A stretch of 64,000 nt of DNA from Azolla caroliniana (lineage: Eukaryota > Plantae > Polypodiophyta). A program made the translations under genes and the position numbers. Below the pieces are notes generated by a model. It was not told where the DNA came from. It made no database searches and saw only the letters and a program-made list of their open reading frames with translations. The stretch's first letter is position 1, and the number at the start of each line of letters is the position of its first letter. Shown here piece by piece: positions 1-11,732 of the stretch. The stretch is taken from contig JBHGNT010000014.1 of the NCBI GenBank assembly GCA_043228905.1, positions 992,001 to 1,056,000 on the forward strand, given 5' to 3'.

Positions 1-1563
1 AATAGTCGTGTCCAATTGTGTCACCAAGTGTTAAAAGACACATCAAATCATGGTTTGCCAAGTGTTAAAGAGATACAACCAACAATAGTTGCCATGTATT
101 AGAGTTGAGCCATCTATGCTTCTCTGCCGTTGTGATGACACCCATCTCTTGGTTCATCTTCATACATTTAAGGTACATCTTTGTCCATTGGATCTTTCCC
201 ATCTTTATGATCCACATGTCCTCTATGCAGTGCACATCTCGTGGAATGCAGATATTTGGATTTGGGACAAGTTTTGAAACCAGACTCTTGGGCATTCGTG
301 TAACTTGTGCCAGCTTCCATGGGATTGATGCTGATCTGGCAAAATTATAGTGTAGAATTCCTAGATTCAGGTTCAAGGATTAGAAATGGTGATTGGGTGG
401 GAGAGGAAACACTAAAGATGCAGAGACAGAAGGAGAAGTTGAGACAAGAATGTATAAATCTTGCAGAAACAGCAAGCACAAAGGAAGAGAGTGGCAATGA
501 GAAGTTGATGAAAGGATGCACACCTAGAAAGCAGGTCTGGTGAAAGCTATGAAATGCAGAAATGTACCTGGAGAGACATTCTAGACATAGAGAAGGTCTG
601 GGAATAATCAGTGCCCTTTTTGAGTGCAGTACTAGTGCAACATATCATGTACATTAATATTCGCAACACGAAAAACTAATCTTAAACAGATAAATACAAC
701 TTTACACGCTCTTTTCCCCAATTGTAATATGATGTTTAGGAATCCCCAAATTTCATTCATGCAGTACAGATTTGAAAGTACACGGCAACCATGAACGCTT
801 TGGATGGAAATGGTGAGCATTATAGGTTCACACAAGGAAGATGTCTTTAACATTTGACGTCATGCTTAAGGATTTCTTATCCAATGAGTGCAACAGAAGG
901 ATCGTTGATATTTTGGATTTGATGTATTTTTTACGGAAACTAAAATGGAGTTAATTGTGAATCTGTATATCAGTTGAAAGGAGGAGGCCAAGAGACTCAT
1001 TTTGGCAACACAATAAGGTCTAAGCAGAGAAACTAAATGCAGATCTTGGCAAGAACAAGCATTTTTTGTACTGAGGGATTGAATGAATATAATGAAAAGA
1101 AGATATTGTCAAAAGAATACCCTGCTCGATATCCAATTCCATGGGTATATGTTGGAAAATTGTCCTGAGATTTATGGTTTGTTTTGTACACTCTAGTTAC
1201 TGAGATTTTCCGCAAACACCTTCTCTAAGAGAGTTTTGGCACACATTGCATAAATAATTTATCTGATATTTAACCAAACTGTTCACTCTCTTAAGTGCGA
1301 GACAGCTGTTTTTTTGAAAAGCCACATACAATCCAAAGAATGACTATACTTCAAATCGATCCCAAAGAATTATTATGGTTGTATTGTTTTATCGCAGATG
1401 TCGTACTTTCTATGACTGAACTGCTGAGAATTTACCTTAACAATTTTAGGATAGGATTACAATATATAGTCGTCGTCTCTATACAGTCTCTGATGTGCAT
1501 AAACAATTTGGTTAGTTTTTTTGTTTGTAAATTACTAGGGAATCAAATCATCTTTTTTTGCAG

Positions 1564-4500
1564 GTATATGTTAACGATTTGGATTCTCTTATTTCTTGGA
1601 ACTGCACAAGGTGCAATGGCCATACCAAGGTAACAATTCATCAGATCTAATTGGCGATGTGGCGCATCTTTCACCGTTGATATCTTGATGTGTTCTCATG
1701 GTGGATTAGGCACAGTTGGAGATAATCATCATGATTGATTATATATTACTTTTTTGCAGGGATTCAAGATGACAGAACTGGTTGTCGATGTACAACACTG
1801 TCTTCAGGTATGGATGGAATTTACTTTTCTGAGTTTTATTTGTTGGCAAAACTGTATATGGGTGAGATAACTCATTGTAGTCTATAGGCATACGTAAATA
1901 CAAATTTTTGTCATATAATATGCGTTATTTAAGTGGGTACTCTAACGCTCATATGGGGAAGCTATAAAGTGATAGAATATGTTTCTTGTGTGGGTAGTCA
2001 ATGCACAAGAGAAAGAAAGAAAGAGAGATATATTAACGTCTTTTAAGAGGCCAAAATGGCCTATAAGACCAAACAAGAGATTACATCTTAAGTGTTGTCT
2101 TGTCTTTGAGAACAACAAATCAAAATAAAATAAGTAGTACTCAGTAAATAGAATGTTCATGCATATATAATACATATATAGATGTAATTTCTTGTTTGGT
2201 CTCATAGGCCATTTTTCCCTCTGAAAAGACGTTAATATTTCTTTCTTTCTCCATGAGAGAGGCAACAAAGGCATGATTAGTTTGTAGCTTTTCAGCATAT
2301 GGATCTCTAGAAAAACATTGTGCTCATATATGCAGTTTCACAAACCAAGAACCAAATGGCTCTTTAATTCAATTGTTACCCTTTCCCTCTATGGGTTGTG
2401 TGATTCAGGACTAAAGCTTGTGCCATGTGAGCTCACTAAGGAAAGAGTTATAATACCCTGTTGCGCAAAATGGCCATTAACGTGGGAACCTTGAAATCTC
2501 TCTGAACAATATTTGAAGTGGGTATTTGAACATCTTTACCAATGATTAACATTATTCAATCAGTACCCATTAAGAGTATATCGTAGAAGTTCATCACAAA
2601 ACACTGATTGGCCCCAAGTGTTGGCACACCATAGATGTTTATTTATTAATCCAAATAGAATCAGATATTTACAAGAAAACAATGCATCAGCAGACGCCCC
2701 ATATTTATTTCTCTATTAATCCAACTAGAATTAAATATTACAAGATCATGCACCACAGACCACATAACTCTTGGGGAGAACATACCCATACGAATAAAAA
2801 ACCTGATTTCCGATCAGTAAGCCACAGGTCAGAAAATTCTAAATTCTGATCAGAAAGGAGGAAATCAGAATCCCTAAATTTTACTAAGAAACAGTATTTT
2901 CCTAAAATATGATAAAAAAGGGAGCAGATTAAAAATTAACAGCTAACAAACCCCAAATTCCATATTAGCTCCCACCCTTGAATCAGAATCCTCAAATCTC
3001 TTCTATCCAGCACACCCCAAAATAACAGTTTTTCTAGCACGAGGTGTCCAAATGTGGTGAAAATAACAAATGTGGTTTTCACTTCTTTGATTTGGGTTGC
3101 AACTGTGCTAGATCATGACGAAAACAGTTACAACCAAGTAAAACATTGTGAGAGAAGGGCAAACAGAAATTACAGCAGCATGGAACACATGAGAATAGAG
3201 CGTAGAAAATCAAATTAGAGACCGACTGAGTGAAACAAACTGGTCATTAATCCAAACCCTGAACATTGGAGGAGGCATCCAAGTATGAGGTGAGAACATG
3301 AGCATGAGAATAGGGTTGGAATACTTCCTAAATGCTCCACCCAAACAAAGGTTTGAATGAATGGATGAATAAATTGAGAAATATTTGGTCTATAAATAGA
3401 TGGTCAATAAGATACCAATACGAAGAGACTTAACCGCATAAGTTACACAAAGAATAAGCGTGGAGCAGTTTAACAGAAGCAAGCTTTTGCCAAGATCCAA
3501 AACATAAAAGCAAACCTTGTAAGAAAGAAAATTTGGTAAAACTATCGCTTTTAAAGCTATAATAAAAGAGCCAGAATTCATAATACGCAGAGATTACATA
3601 TGAGCAATTGTTAAGTGTAGAAAGAAATGCTCCTCTGCTTTTCCAGAAATAGGGTTTCTTATGCAAGTTAAGATTTGGGTTACTGCTGCTTTTCAGAAGT
3701 AGTTTTCTTCTCTTTCTGATACTAGGTTTTGAACATTTGCGATTCAATTCAAACCTCATCCGTGTGTAGTGCATTTTTTTCAGCTTAGCGCCCAAAGTTC
3801 AACGAATTATATGTATATGGGATCATAACATTATTTAATAATTTATTTATGTAATTTTTTAAAAAGGCTGTCAAGCTTTTGAATTTCGATTGTACTATTT
3901 TATTGTTTCATATTTTGTTTCAGTGTCCATTTAACCATATTGTTACAGAAAGCAGATATCGTGATGAAACTAAAAACTGCATTAACATTATGACTTTAAA
4001 TGATTACAATACAAAGGTTTTGTAAGTTTGTTCACATGATGGGCCTTATAAATATGGCTTTTCAAATGTAAGGAAAAATCACATATTGTATGTTTGTGAA
4101 TGAACACGAACCAATCGATTCTTTCAATCATGCAGGCATATGTGGGGCTTGCTAAAGACTTGAATGCTATTGTGGTTGCTTTTCGAGGAACACAAGAAAA
4201 CAGGTCTCAATGACCAAATCGTATTTCAATTTTGTTGTGATTTACCATCGTCTGACTGTTGCTAAGGTACGATTCTTTGGGCGTCATTTTTAGCATTCAA
4301 AACTGGATGGAAGATCTGTATTTCAAGCAGCTTGATTTAAAATATCCTGGTGTTACGGGTGCTATGGTAAACAACTATACATATGTACAAACTTCTATGA
4401 GTTCTTTTCTATATATCTTTTTGTCTCACATTTAATTTTGCTCTTATTCAGGTTCATCGGGGTTTCTATACAGCATATCATAATACCACTCTTCGACCTC

Positions 4501-5568
4501 GTATTATAGCAGCTATTATGGCTATTCGGAAGGAAATAGAAGATTTAAAAATTATGGTCACTGGGCACTCCATGGGAGGAGCCATGGCTGCTTTTTGTTC
4601 ACTTGATCTAGTGGTATCTCGTCGTGCACAGTACTTAAAATATATCCTTTGCTTAATATTTAGCAATTCATTCTTATACTAAATTCAAGAATTTTGTCTG
4701 CTACACTGGTAGGCAAATTATGGGATTGATGACATACAAACAATCACCTTTGGGCAGCCTAGGATTGGAAACAGTGTGTTTGCATCATATTATAGTGCAT
4801 TGCTGCCCAAAACTTACCGGATGACCCATAACCACGATATGGTGCCTCATTTACCACCGTATTACTCCCTTTTTCCTCAAAAAAGCTACCACCATTTTGG
4901 AAAAGAGGTATTCTATTGTATTTCAAGCATATAGTAATTCCAATCTTGGAATATAACGTTAACTGTTGGTTATATATGTTTTGGAAGAGCCGGGTATGTC
5001 GTTCTAATGATTCTAACCAGTTACTCATGTCCAGTATTGGAATATAACATCATACAATGTTTTTTTATTTTATTTAAGATATGGATTTACAAGGATGGAA
5101 TGAATGAATCGATCAGGATATGCAATGACTCTGGGGAGGATCCCGATTGTAGCAGGTATTACAGATGTACATCTCTGTTATGTCCTCTTATGATGCATTT
5201 TCCAAGAACATGATAGAAAAACATATTTTTGATGGTGGGACAAAAAATGGATGAAGTGGGAGATAAACTATGTACCATTCACTTGCATAGGATATTTTTA
5301 GAGGAGGCTAGGGAAGGCGTGAATTTATCCATTATCATTGTCCCAACAATTGTATATTTTTCTATGATTTTTGAATAGGTCTGTGGTGGGAAATAGCATC
5401 TCAGATCATCTATGTTACCTTGGGATCTTTCTTCAAGCTGATACATGGAGTACATGTTCGTTCATATTGCAAAACAATGTAACCGAGGTGACGTCAGGTG
5501 GATTCTTTATCCAGTTACCATTAGTACGTGATGAAGGCTTTGGGGACAGAAGGTGGCAATTGCTTTGA
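1564..5568 (+). CDS. Class 3 lipase (alpha/beta hydrolase), 5'-partial. Exons 1564-1629, 1760-1807, 4136-4203, 4294-4366, 4452-4613, 4713-4907, 5079-5155, 5379-5568
   Basis: GT-AG-bounded exons join in frame (879 nt): VYVNDLDSLISWNCTRC..AIVVAFRGTQENSIQNW..VHRGFY..VTGHSMGGAMA (GxSxG nucleophile)..TFGQPRIGN..HDMVPHLPP..GEDPDCSRS..SISDHLCY..stop. No N-terminal exon was found in 1-1563. Confidence 0.93.
2001..2251. repeat. Intronic inverted repeat, ~80-bp arms and ~90-bp spacer (MITE-like fold-back)
   Basis: 2010-2088 (..TATTAACGTCTTTTAAGAGGCCAAAATGGCCTATAAGACCAAACAAGAGATTACATCT) matches the reverse complement of 2180-2251. A diverged single arm occurs at ~18225-18335. Confidence 0.8.
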
Positions 5569-6340
5569 TCAACAGTTCATAGAAGGTCCATTTATAGAAA
5601 TCAGTTGTGTATATAAAAACATGGCTTTGTTTATTCATGAACAATGCTACACATACCTTGGTAGTTGAAAACAACTACTAAGCTTACTTCGACCAATGAT
5701 GTAATATTCTTTCTCTTGTGAATATCATATGTTGATGTTGTCCCTTTCATGTCCTTTGAGTGTACTCTACTAGAAAGGCAACTACTTGGTATCTTTAAAA
5801 ACTTTGGAAGGATCTTCACAATATCTATTGATGTGCTGCCATAAATTGATCATTTTCCTGACATGTGATGTTAGACAAAGGTTTGGTTCGACATAAGTGT
5901 GATATTGTGCATCTTTTGGGGTATAGATTCATATCCATTTACATGTGTAATGCTAGATCTGATGCGTGGAATGGTTTTGTTAAAATTTCATATTGTATTC
6001 TTGGAAAATCTTTTCTATAATTGATACTTGATCATACAATGTTACTAGGATATGAGGTGTCGGAAGTGTTTATGCATGCAATGGAGGTTATTGTTTAGAA
6101 TAAGATCAATCCCTTAGTGATGGTAAACATGATGTGCCAGGTATATTATGATAAATGGAAAGGTTTTATAAGCATGAGTGCTTCTAACTAAATGAGTATT
6201 GCCTGGTACATATACAAGTAATGAATATTTGACACAGGTTTCGAGAAACTTCAAGGGAATGTATTATGTTTGTCAATGTTTTTGATATTCTTTAAACTTC
6301 TAGTAATGCTTGTGAACTCTAGTCAAATTGTGTAACTCAA

Positions 6341-6965
6341 TATCTACAACAAACACTTTTTAGTGCATATTTGTACATTCAAATTTTCATGTTCTTAGCT
6401 ATAGGAAAGCATATGCATGAATGAACGAGGCTCTCTACTAGTAAATCCACACAAGACATCTCGTGTCTAGTAAATAATCATAAAACTAACAACTGATTTG
6501 TAAGTTGAAAGCTGGATTTGGTGATGGGTGATAAGTTATCATGATAAATTGGAACTAAACATATTTTCCCACTATCACAAGAAATTTTTAATGATAACTT
6601 GGAAGAAAACCTTTATAAACAAACATCTACAACAAAAATATCTACAACAAACACCTTTTAGTGCATTTTTGTACATTCAAATTTTCATGCTGCACTAACT
6701 ATAGTGCCCAAAACTCCATTAGAGTGTTGTTAGGTATAAAGTAAGAAAGCATATGCATGAATGAACAAGACTATCTTCTAGTAAATCCACACAAGACATC
6801 GCTTGGTAGTAAATAGTCATAAAACTAACAAATGATTTGTAAGATGAAAGATGGATTTGGTGATGTGTGATATGTTATCATGATAACTTGGAACTAAACA
6901 TATCCTTTCCAAATTCCCACTATCACAAGAAATTTTAAATGATAACTTTGAAGAAAAACTTTGTA
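6341..6965. repeat. Diverged ~300-bp direct tandem duplication
   Basis: TCTACAACAAACAC..GTAAATCCACACAAGACATC..GGATTTGGTGATG..GGAACTAAACATAT..CCCACTATCACAAGAAATTTT occurs at ~6341-6620 and again at ~6640-6965. Confidence 0.85.
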
Positions 6966-7444
6966 AGCGTTCATCACTTTATCACAAGAAAATTTTAATG
7001 AACAATTGCCTCTATTAGGAGGTGGGAAAATATTGGTAACTTCACTACGATGATCACACCAGAAAACCATCCTTGGATTCACCTAAAATATTTGGTATTC
7101 ACCAATTCCTTTAAGGAGTACTTTGTTTTACTTTCGAGGCATTCCACATAACCAATTTCTTTGGTCCCGCTATTTGGGTATCAAATCCCAAACTCTCGGA
7201 TAACCCTTCAATTACAAATTCATGACCGTCTCACTCTTGTTTTGAATTATACTCTACACATACAAAAACAGTGCATTAAAGAATTTATTAATGCATTCGC
7301 ACTTATATGTATACACTTGCAAGCACACACATTGTTTAGTTAAAGTAATAAATTCTCACATAGTATCCTTATGAATTACCTATGTCCTAGATATCTTGAC
7401 AATATGAAGGTAGCAATATGTGTTGAGATCTAAACTTCCCCATA

Positions 7445-7572
7445 TTGAAAATATTACAAGGGAGTGATAACTTAAGTGCCATACTTAAGACACACCTAGA
7501 AGGTTGAGCTCTTATGTGTATGCCTTATTCACACATAGAGACTTTGTGCTTCAATGTATGAATACCCCTTTT
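7445..7572 (+). mobile_element. Short 3' fragment of the same repeat (LINE) family as 10385-10500
   Basis: AAGGGAGTGATAACTTAAGTGCC..ACACCTAGAA..TTATTCACACAT..GACTTT..TATGAATA is clearly homologous to 10388-10500. Confidence 0.6.
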
Positions 7573-9109
7573 TAGGAAGGAAGCACGTAGTGAAGAACAC
7601 ATGTATACTCTGGTTCCATAAATCAAAGCTGGCCTCTTTATGGACTATAAAATAAATCTAAATTGCCAAGAACTAGGGCAACAATTGAAGCATTTGGTTA
7701 GGTTTTCCGTAGTGGCAAGCAAATTCCCCATTCATTTATATGAAGAAATTAGGTAGAAGGCGGGATCAAGGACCTCTTTAGAGCGATTTTTGGAAGTAAA
7801 CCCAATAGGTTTAAGTCCCTAACTTGCCTAAGTTTCTTTTCCATAAAATGAATTGTGTCATTATAGTTCAACAATCACCAATCGATTCAATTAATTTTCA
7901 TAATTGTTTTATTTTCAATTTTGCTTTTAGACTTTTGTTAATTTTGTTAATTGCCTATTTATTTTTTAGTACTTGGTGGGAATCCAGAAGGACTAGTGAC
8001 TATGTTTATTTGTGAAGGTTCCCAACTTCCCTCTACAACCTTCAAAGCTTTAAATGCTCTTAAAATCACCACACCTATGCCTGAATTAGGTCGGTTGCTC
8101 ACATACAACTTAATCGAGTCACCTACATATTACATCTACCTATCTTAAGACATTTGTACAACACTATTATGGATATGGTGATTATTAGTATCATACATTT
8201 GCATACTATTGATCTTTCTTTTTCTTTTTCTTTAATTATCTTTATCTTAAAAATTAATTTGTTTGTTATTCTTTGTGGTTCTAAATTTTCATTATAGGCT
8301 TTAAATTGTTGGTTGAGAAGGAGGGCCTTGGCTACAAAATCAACCTAACTATGATTTGTCAATATAATCTCTAATGTAAAATTGTTTCTTTCAATCATGT
8401 TAGAGTCTAACTAATTAGTAAACAAAATAAAGAGAAATAAGGCCAAAGAAAGGAAAGAGGTTGCCAGACAACGTGAGATGGACCCAAACCACTTCGATTT
8501 CCTATACCATCAAGTGTTGATGCGAGTCGTACCTTCAATTCTGTTAGGATCCCACGTGCTTAGCTAACAAGAGCCATAACCACATTGACGTAGTCTCAAC
8601 AAGCCTATCTAATAATAAGGTAGTTGGCTTTCTTATATAGCCAGAAGTGTGAAAGCATGGAATGGAAACACTATCATAGCTAACATGTAGCTATGATGGC
8701 TATAGCCAATTATCTATTGTTGTTTCTTTAGTGGGTAGATCTTAAAGATAAATATCATTTATAATGTGAAGTAAAATATGGGAATACCCTAATTAAAAAA
8801 TTTGGGCACACATGGTGGAACATGGGTTTCGTGCATTTATATTTGAACCTTTGACGATATCCTCTCTCATCATCCTCAATATTGCATCGAATTCAAACAC
8901 ATGGAGCATGGTGCATGCGATTATAGGAAAAGTTCTTGCATCAACAAGAAAACCAATCAATTAGTATATTCCCATATTGCAATAGTTTTATAAGAGGACC
9001 TCATTGACTCTTCATCTAGGTAGTTATCATATATATATATATGTCTTTATTTGTTTTGTTTCCTTGTTGATTAGGGCAAAGTCATTGGAGTCATAGACCA
9101 AGATGTCAC

Positions 9110-10500
9110 GCAAGTCATATTAACACAAGCTTAATGGATAGGAAGGGAAATTAATGTTATTTAATGCCATGGTAACACAAGTTTTGCTTTATGAAGTAGA
9201 AGTGTGGGAGACACTATCCCTCTTAATGCATGGAATGAGATTGAGAAGATTCAAAAGATGTTTGTAAGGAAACAACGAGGAGTTAAATAAACCACTATCT
9301 ATTAGGTTATTCTCTTGGAAATGTTCAACCTATAGAGATATTAATGCTAAAGAGAATCTATAGATACATTTTAAAAGTGACGAATATACCAAATCATGGA
9401 TTGCCAAATCTTGATGGGAATGTTGGATGTAAAGTACAGAATTATAAGAGCAAATCTTTCTTATGTGGTTGGGTAATTAGCATCAAAATATGGTTCAAAC
9501 GATGCGTTGTGGAAGACCTCTTAGAGCTTTTAAGTGATGAATCTATGAAATATGTAGTTATTGAGGAGAGGTTAATAGAATCATTAAGGAAGAAGTAGGA
9601 AGACCAATGGATCCTGAGAAATCGTTGCGACTAGCTATTAGTTTCTCGTTGATTAGTTTCCTCTTCTTATACCTTTCTATGCTTTTCCTAGTCATTCATG
9701 AAATGGTACATTGTCTATGTATTCGAGTGGTCTCATTGAATCTCTTCACTTCGGGGTGGGGGTCCATCCCCTTTTTTCCCGCCTGTTGCTTTTCGCTTTA
9801 GTTGCGGTTGTATGTCATGGACACATGGATAGAAAAAGTTGTTGGTTCTATCACTAGTAGTATCCATTAGTTTTAGTAAGGTGAGTTGTTCACCTGTCTC
9901 AAATGCATATATGATATTTGCACAACAAAATTATGAGAATCTGTGTGAAACTACAACGTACATTGTATATGCAAATTGCCACCTAGCAAAGAAACCGGTA
10001 GATGTGGATCAACAGAAATTGTTTGTGATCTATCGAAAAGGGCAAACCTATTTTGATTTAAATTGCTTAAAAAAAAAGATTTAATAAAAATATTTTTGGG
10101 AGAATATAATGAGTCTAGCCTATATTTCGTTAAAAGAACAAAATTAGAATATTACATTGCAAACATCAACCCTAAATGTTTGATTTAATATAAGGCAAGA
10201 AGGCTTATTGATCATATTCAAACTTATCACATTACTAACTTGAGGAAACTAGGTGTTGAAGTTGTATTGTAACATGAAAATCCGTCAAATATAAAGGCAT
10301 GTAAAGTTTGCAAGGATTAGAGGAGTACCACTTGCTTTTTTCATGCTCTGCATATAGTCCAATTCATAAAAGATATGATGACATTAAAAGGGAGTGATGA
10401 CTTGAGTGTCACACTAAAGAGAACACCTAGAACATTAAGCTCATATGTATATGACTTATTCACACATCAAGACTTTATGCTTCGAAGTATGAATATCCCT
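9110..10500 (+). mobile_element. Degenerate non-LTR retrotransposon (LINE), C-terminal ORF2 region, interrupted by a plastid-derived insert
   Basis: Broken frames give LFNAMVTQVLLYEVEVW..NAWNEIEKIQKMFVRKQRGVK before the insert and CKVCK..EYHLLFSC after it, resembling the post-RT region and CCHC motif of LINE ORF2. Many stops and frameshifts. Confidence 0.6.
9823..10008 (+). pseudogene. petA: Nuclear plastid DNA insertion (NUPT): decayed 5' fragment of cytochrome f
   Basis: [36 protein letters not shown] aligns with the cytochrome f consensus SNAYPIFAQQxYENPREATGRIVCANCHLAxKPVDI. The first Cys of the heme-binding CxxCH is changed to Tyr and the match is truncated. Confidence 0.9.
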
Positions 10501-11229
10501 TATCAAGAAAATAGTAGGTTCATGAAGGTTTAGGAGAATAGTGTATGCATAATGGAAGCTTGAAGTGGACCAAATTCTCAACCTTGAAATTAGATTGTGG
10601 TGATCCTTAGAGACAATAAAGAGCCAAGCTTTGAGGTAAAGGAAACGACGGATTTGAGGTGGAAAAAGGCTTTGAAGACTAAGTTGGAAAGCATGTTGGA
10701 TCACCAAACTTTGAACTTAGTGGAAACGTTAGACAAGTTCATAGTGATGAAACATGTCTAGAAAGTGCAAAATTTTTAGGTTCAATAGATAAATACGATG
10801 CAATTAGTAGCTTCAAATTTATTATATTAGTTATCTATGTAGAAATGACATGTTTAGTTTCTAAATACTATATCACTGCTCTAGAAATGACATGGCTATT
10901 GCTAGTTTATCCAACCAATAGTCTACTCATGTTAATAAGAAATGTTGAATGATCACCCTTGCTACATATTGCCACCATGCTAATTGTCGAAGGAACACGC
11001 TACCTTGTACAAGGAGAGAGCTAAGCTTCAAGAGCTTAATCTTTCCTCATGCCAAAGCAAGTTCATTTGTTTTGATGAATCTCAATTGAATGATTTGTCA
11101 AGATTTTGCTAGAATTATTAATGTGCTTTTTTTAAGATTCACGTTGCTATTAATGGAAAGATGCTCAAAGGCTACAAAGAACTCATACATGAAAATACAA
11201 CACATCGAAGAGAAGAAGAAAATCAACGT

Positions 11230-11630
11230 GCACTCCTTTTCATAATTATGTATTTCTTCAGCAAGCCTTCCCCATCTCACAAAACCCCACGTGTACATTT
11301 GTTTACAGTAAACATGATACATAATTCTCAACACACTTTTCCAAACTGCTCTAGCAATAGGACATATCCATAAGACACGGTGAACCGATTCAATGTGAAA
11401 ACCACAACTATCACATTGTAAGTCATGGCAATGTCCCCTCATCCATGACTTCACAAGAATCCCATAATGTACCAACAAACATCTAAACAATATAACTTTT
11501 TTAGGAATTTTCATGGCCCACAACCATTTCCAATAAGCACCCAACCAAGCGTCTTATACATTACCAAATCTCCAAATTTTATAAGCTATTGGCACAACCA
11601 CCAAACCCCTCCTTAGCAATTCTATACCCA
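11230..11630 (-). mobile_element. L1-type LINE fragment (zf-RVT zinc-binding region)
   Basis: ORF 11098-11544: WKWLWAMKIPKKVILFRCLLVHYGILVKSW..CDSCG..ESVHRVLWICPIARAVW, which fits the plant L1 zf-RVT pattern. Confidence 0.8.
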
Positions 11631-11732
11631 CGTTGATACTAGGTAGGGAAAGAATTTTGTACCTAGTATCGACGTAAGGAATACTAGTAATGAAAAAAGG
11701 GATTTCCTTACCTAGTATTCCCTACGTCGATA
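11631..11732. repeat. Cluster of short overlapping inverted repeats
   Basis: GTTGATACTAGGTA pairs with TACCTAGTATCGAC, and TATCGACGTAAGGAATACTAG pairs with CTAGTATTCCCTACGTCGATA. Confidence 0.65.

Noticed and set aside
1-1563. Short ORFs as the missing first lipase exon
   Set aside because: None resembles the expected N-terminal segment; the region is treated as probable intron.
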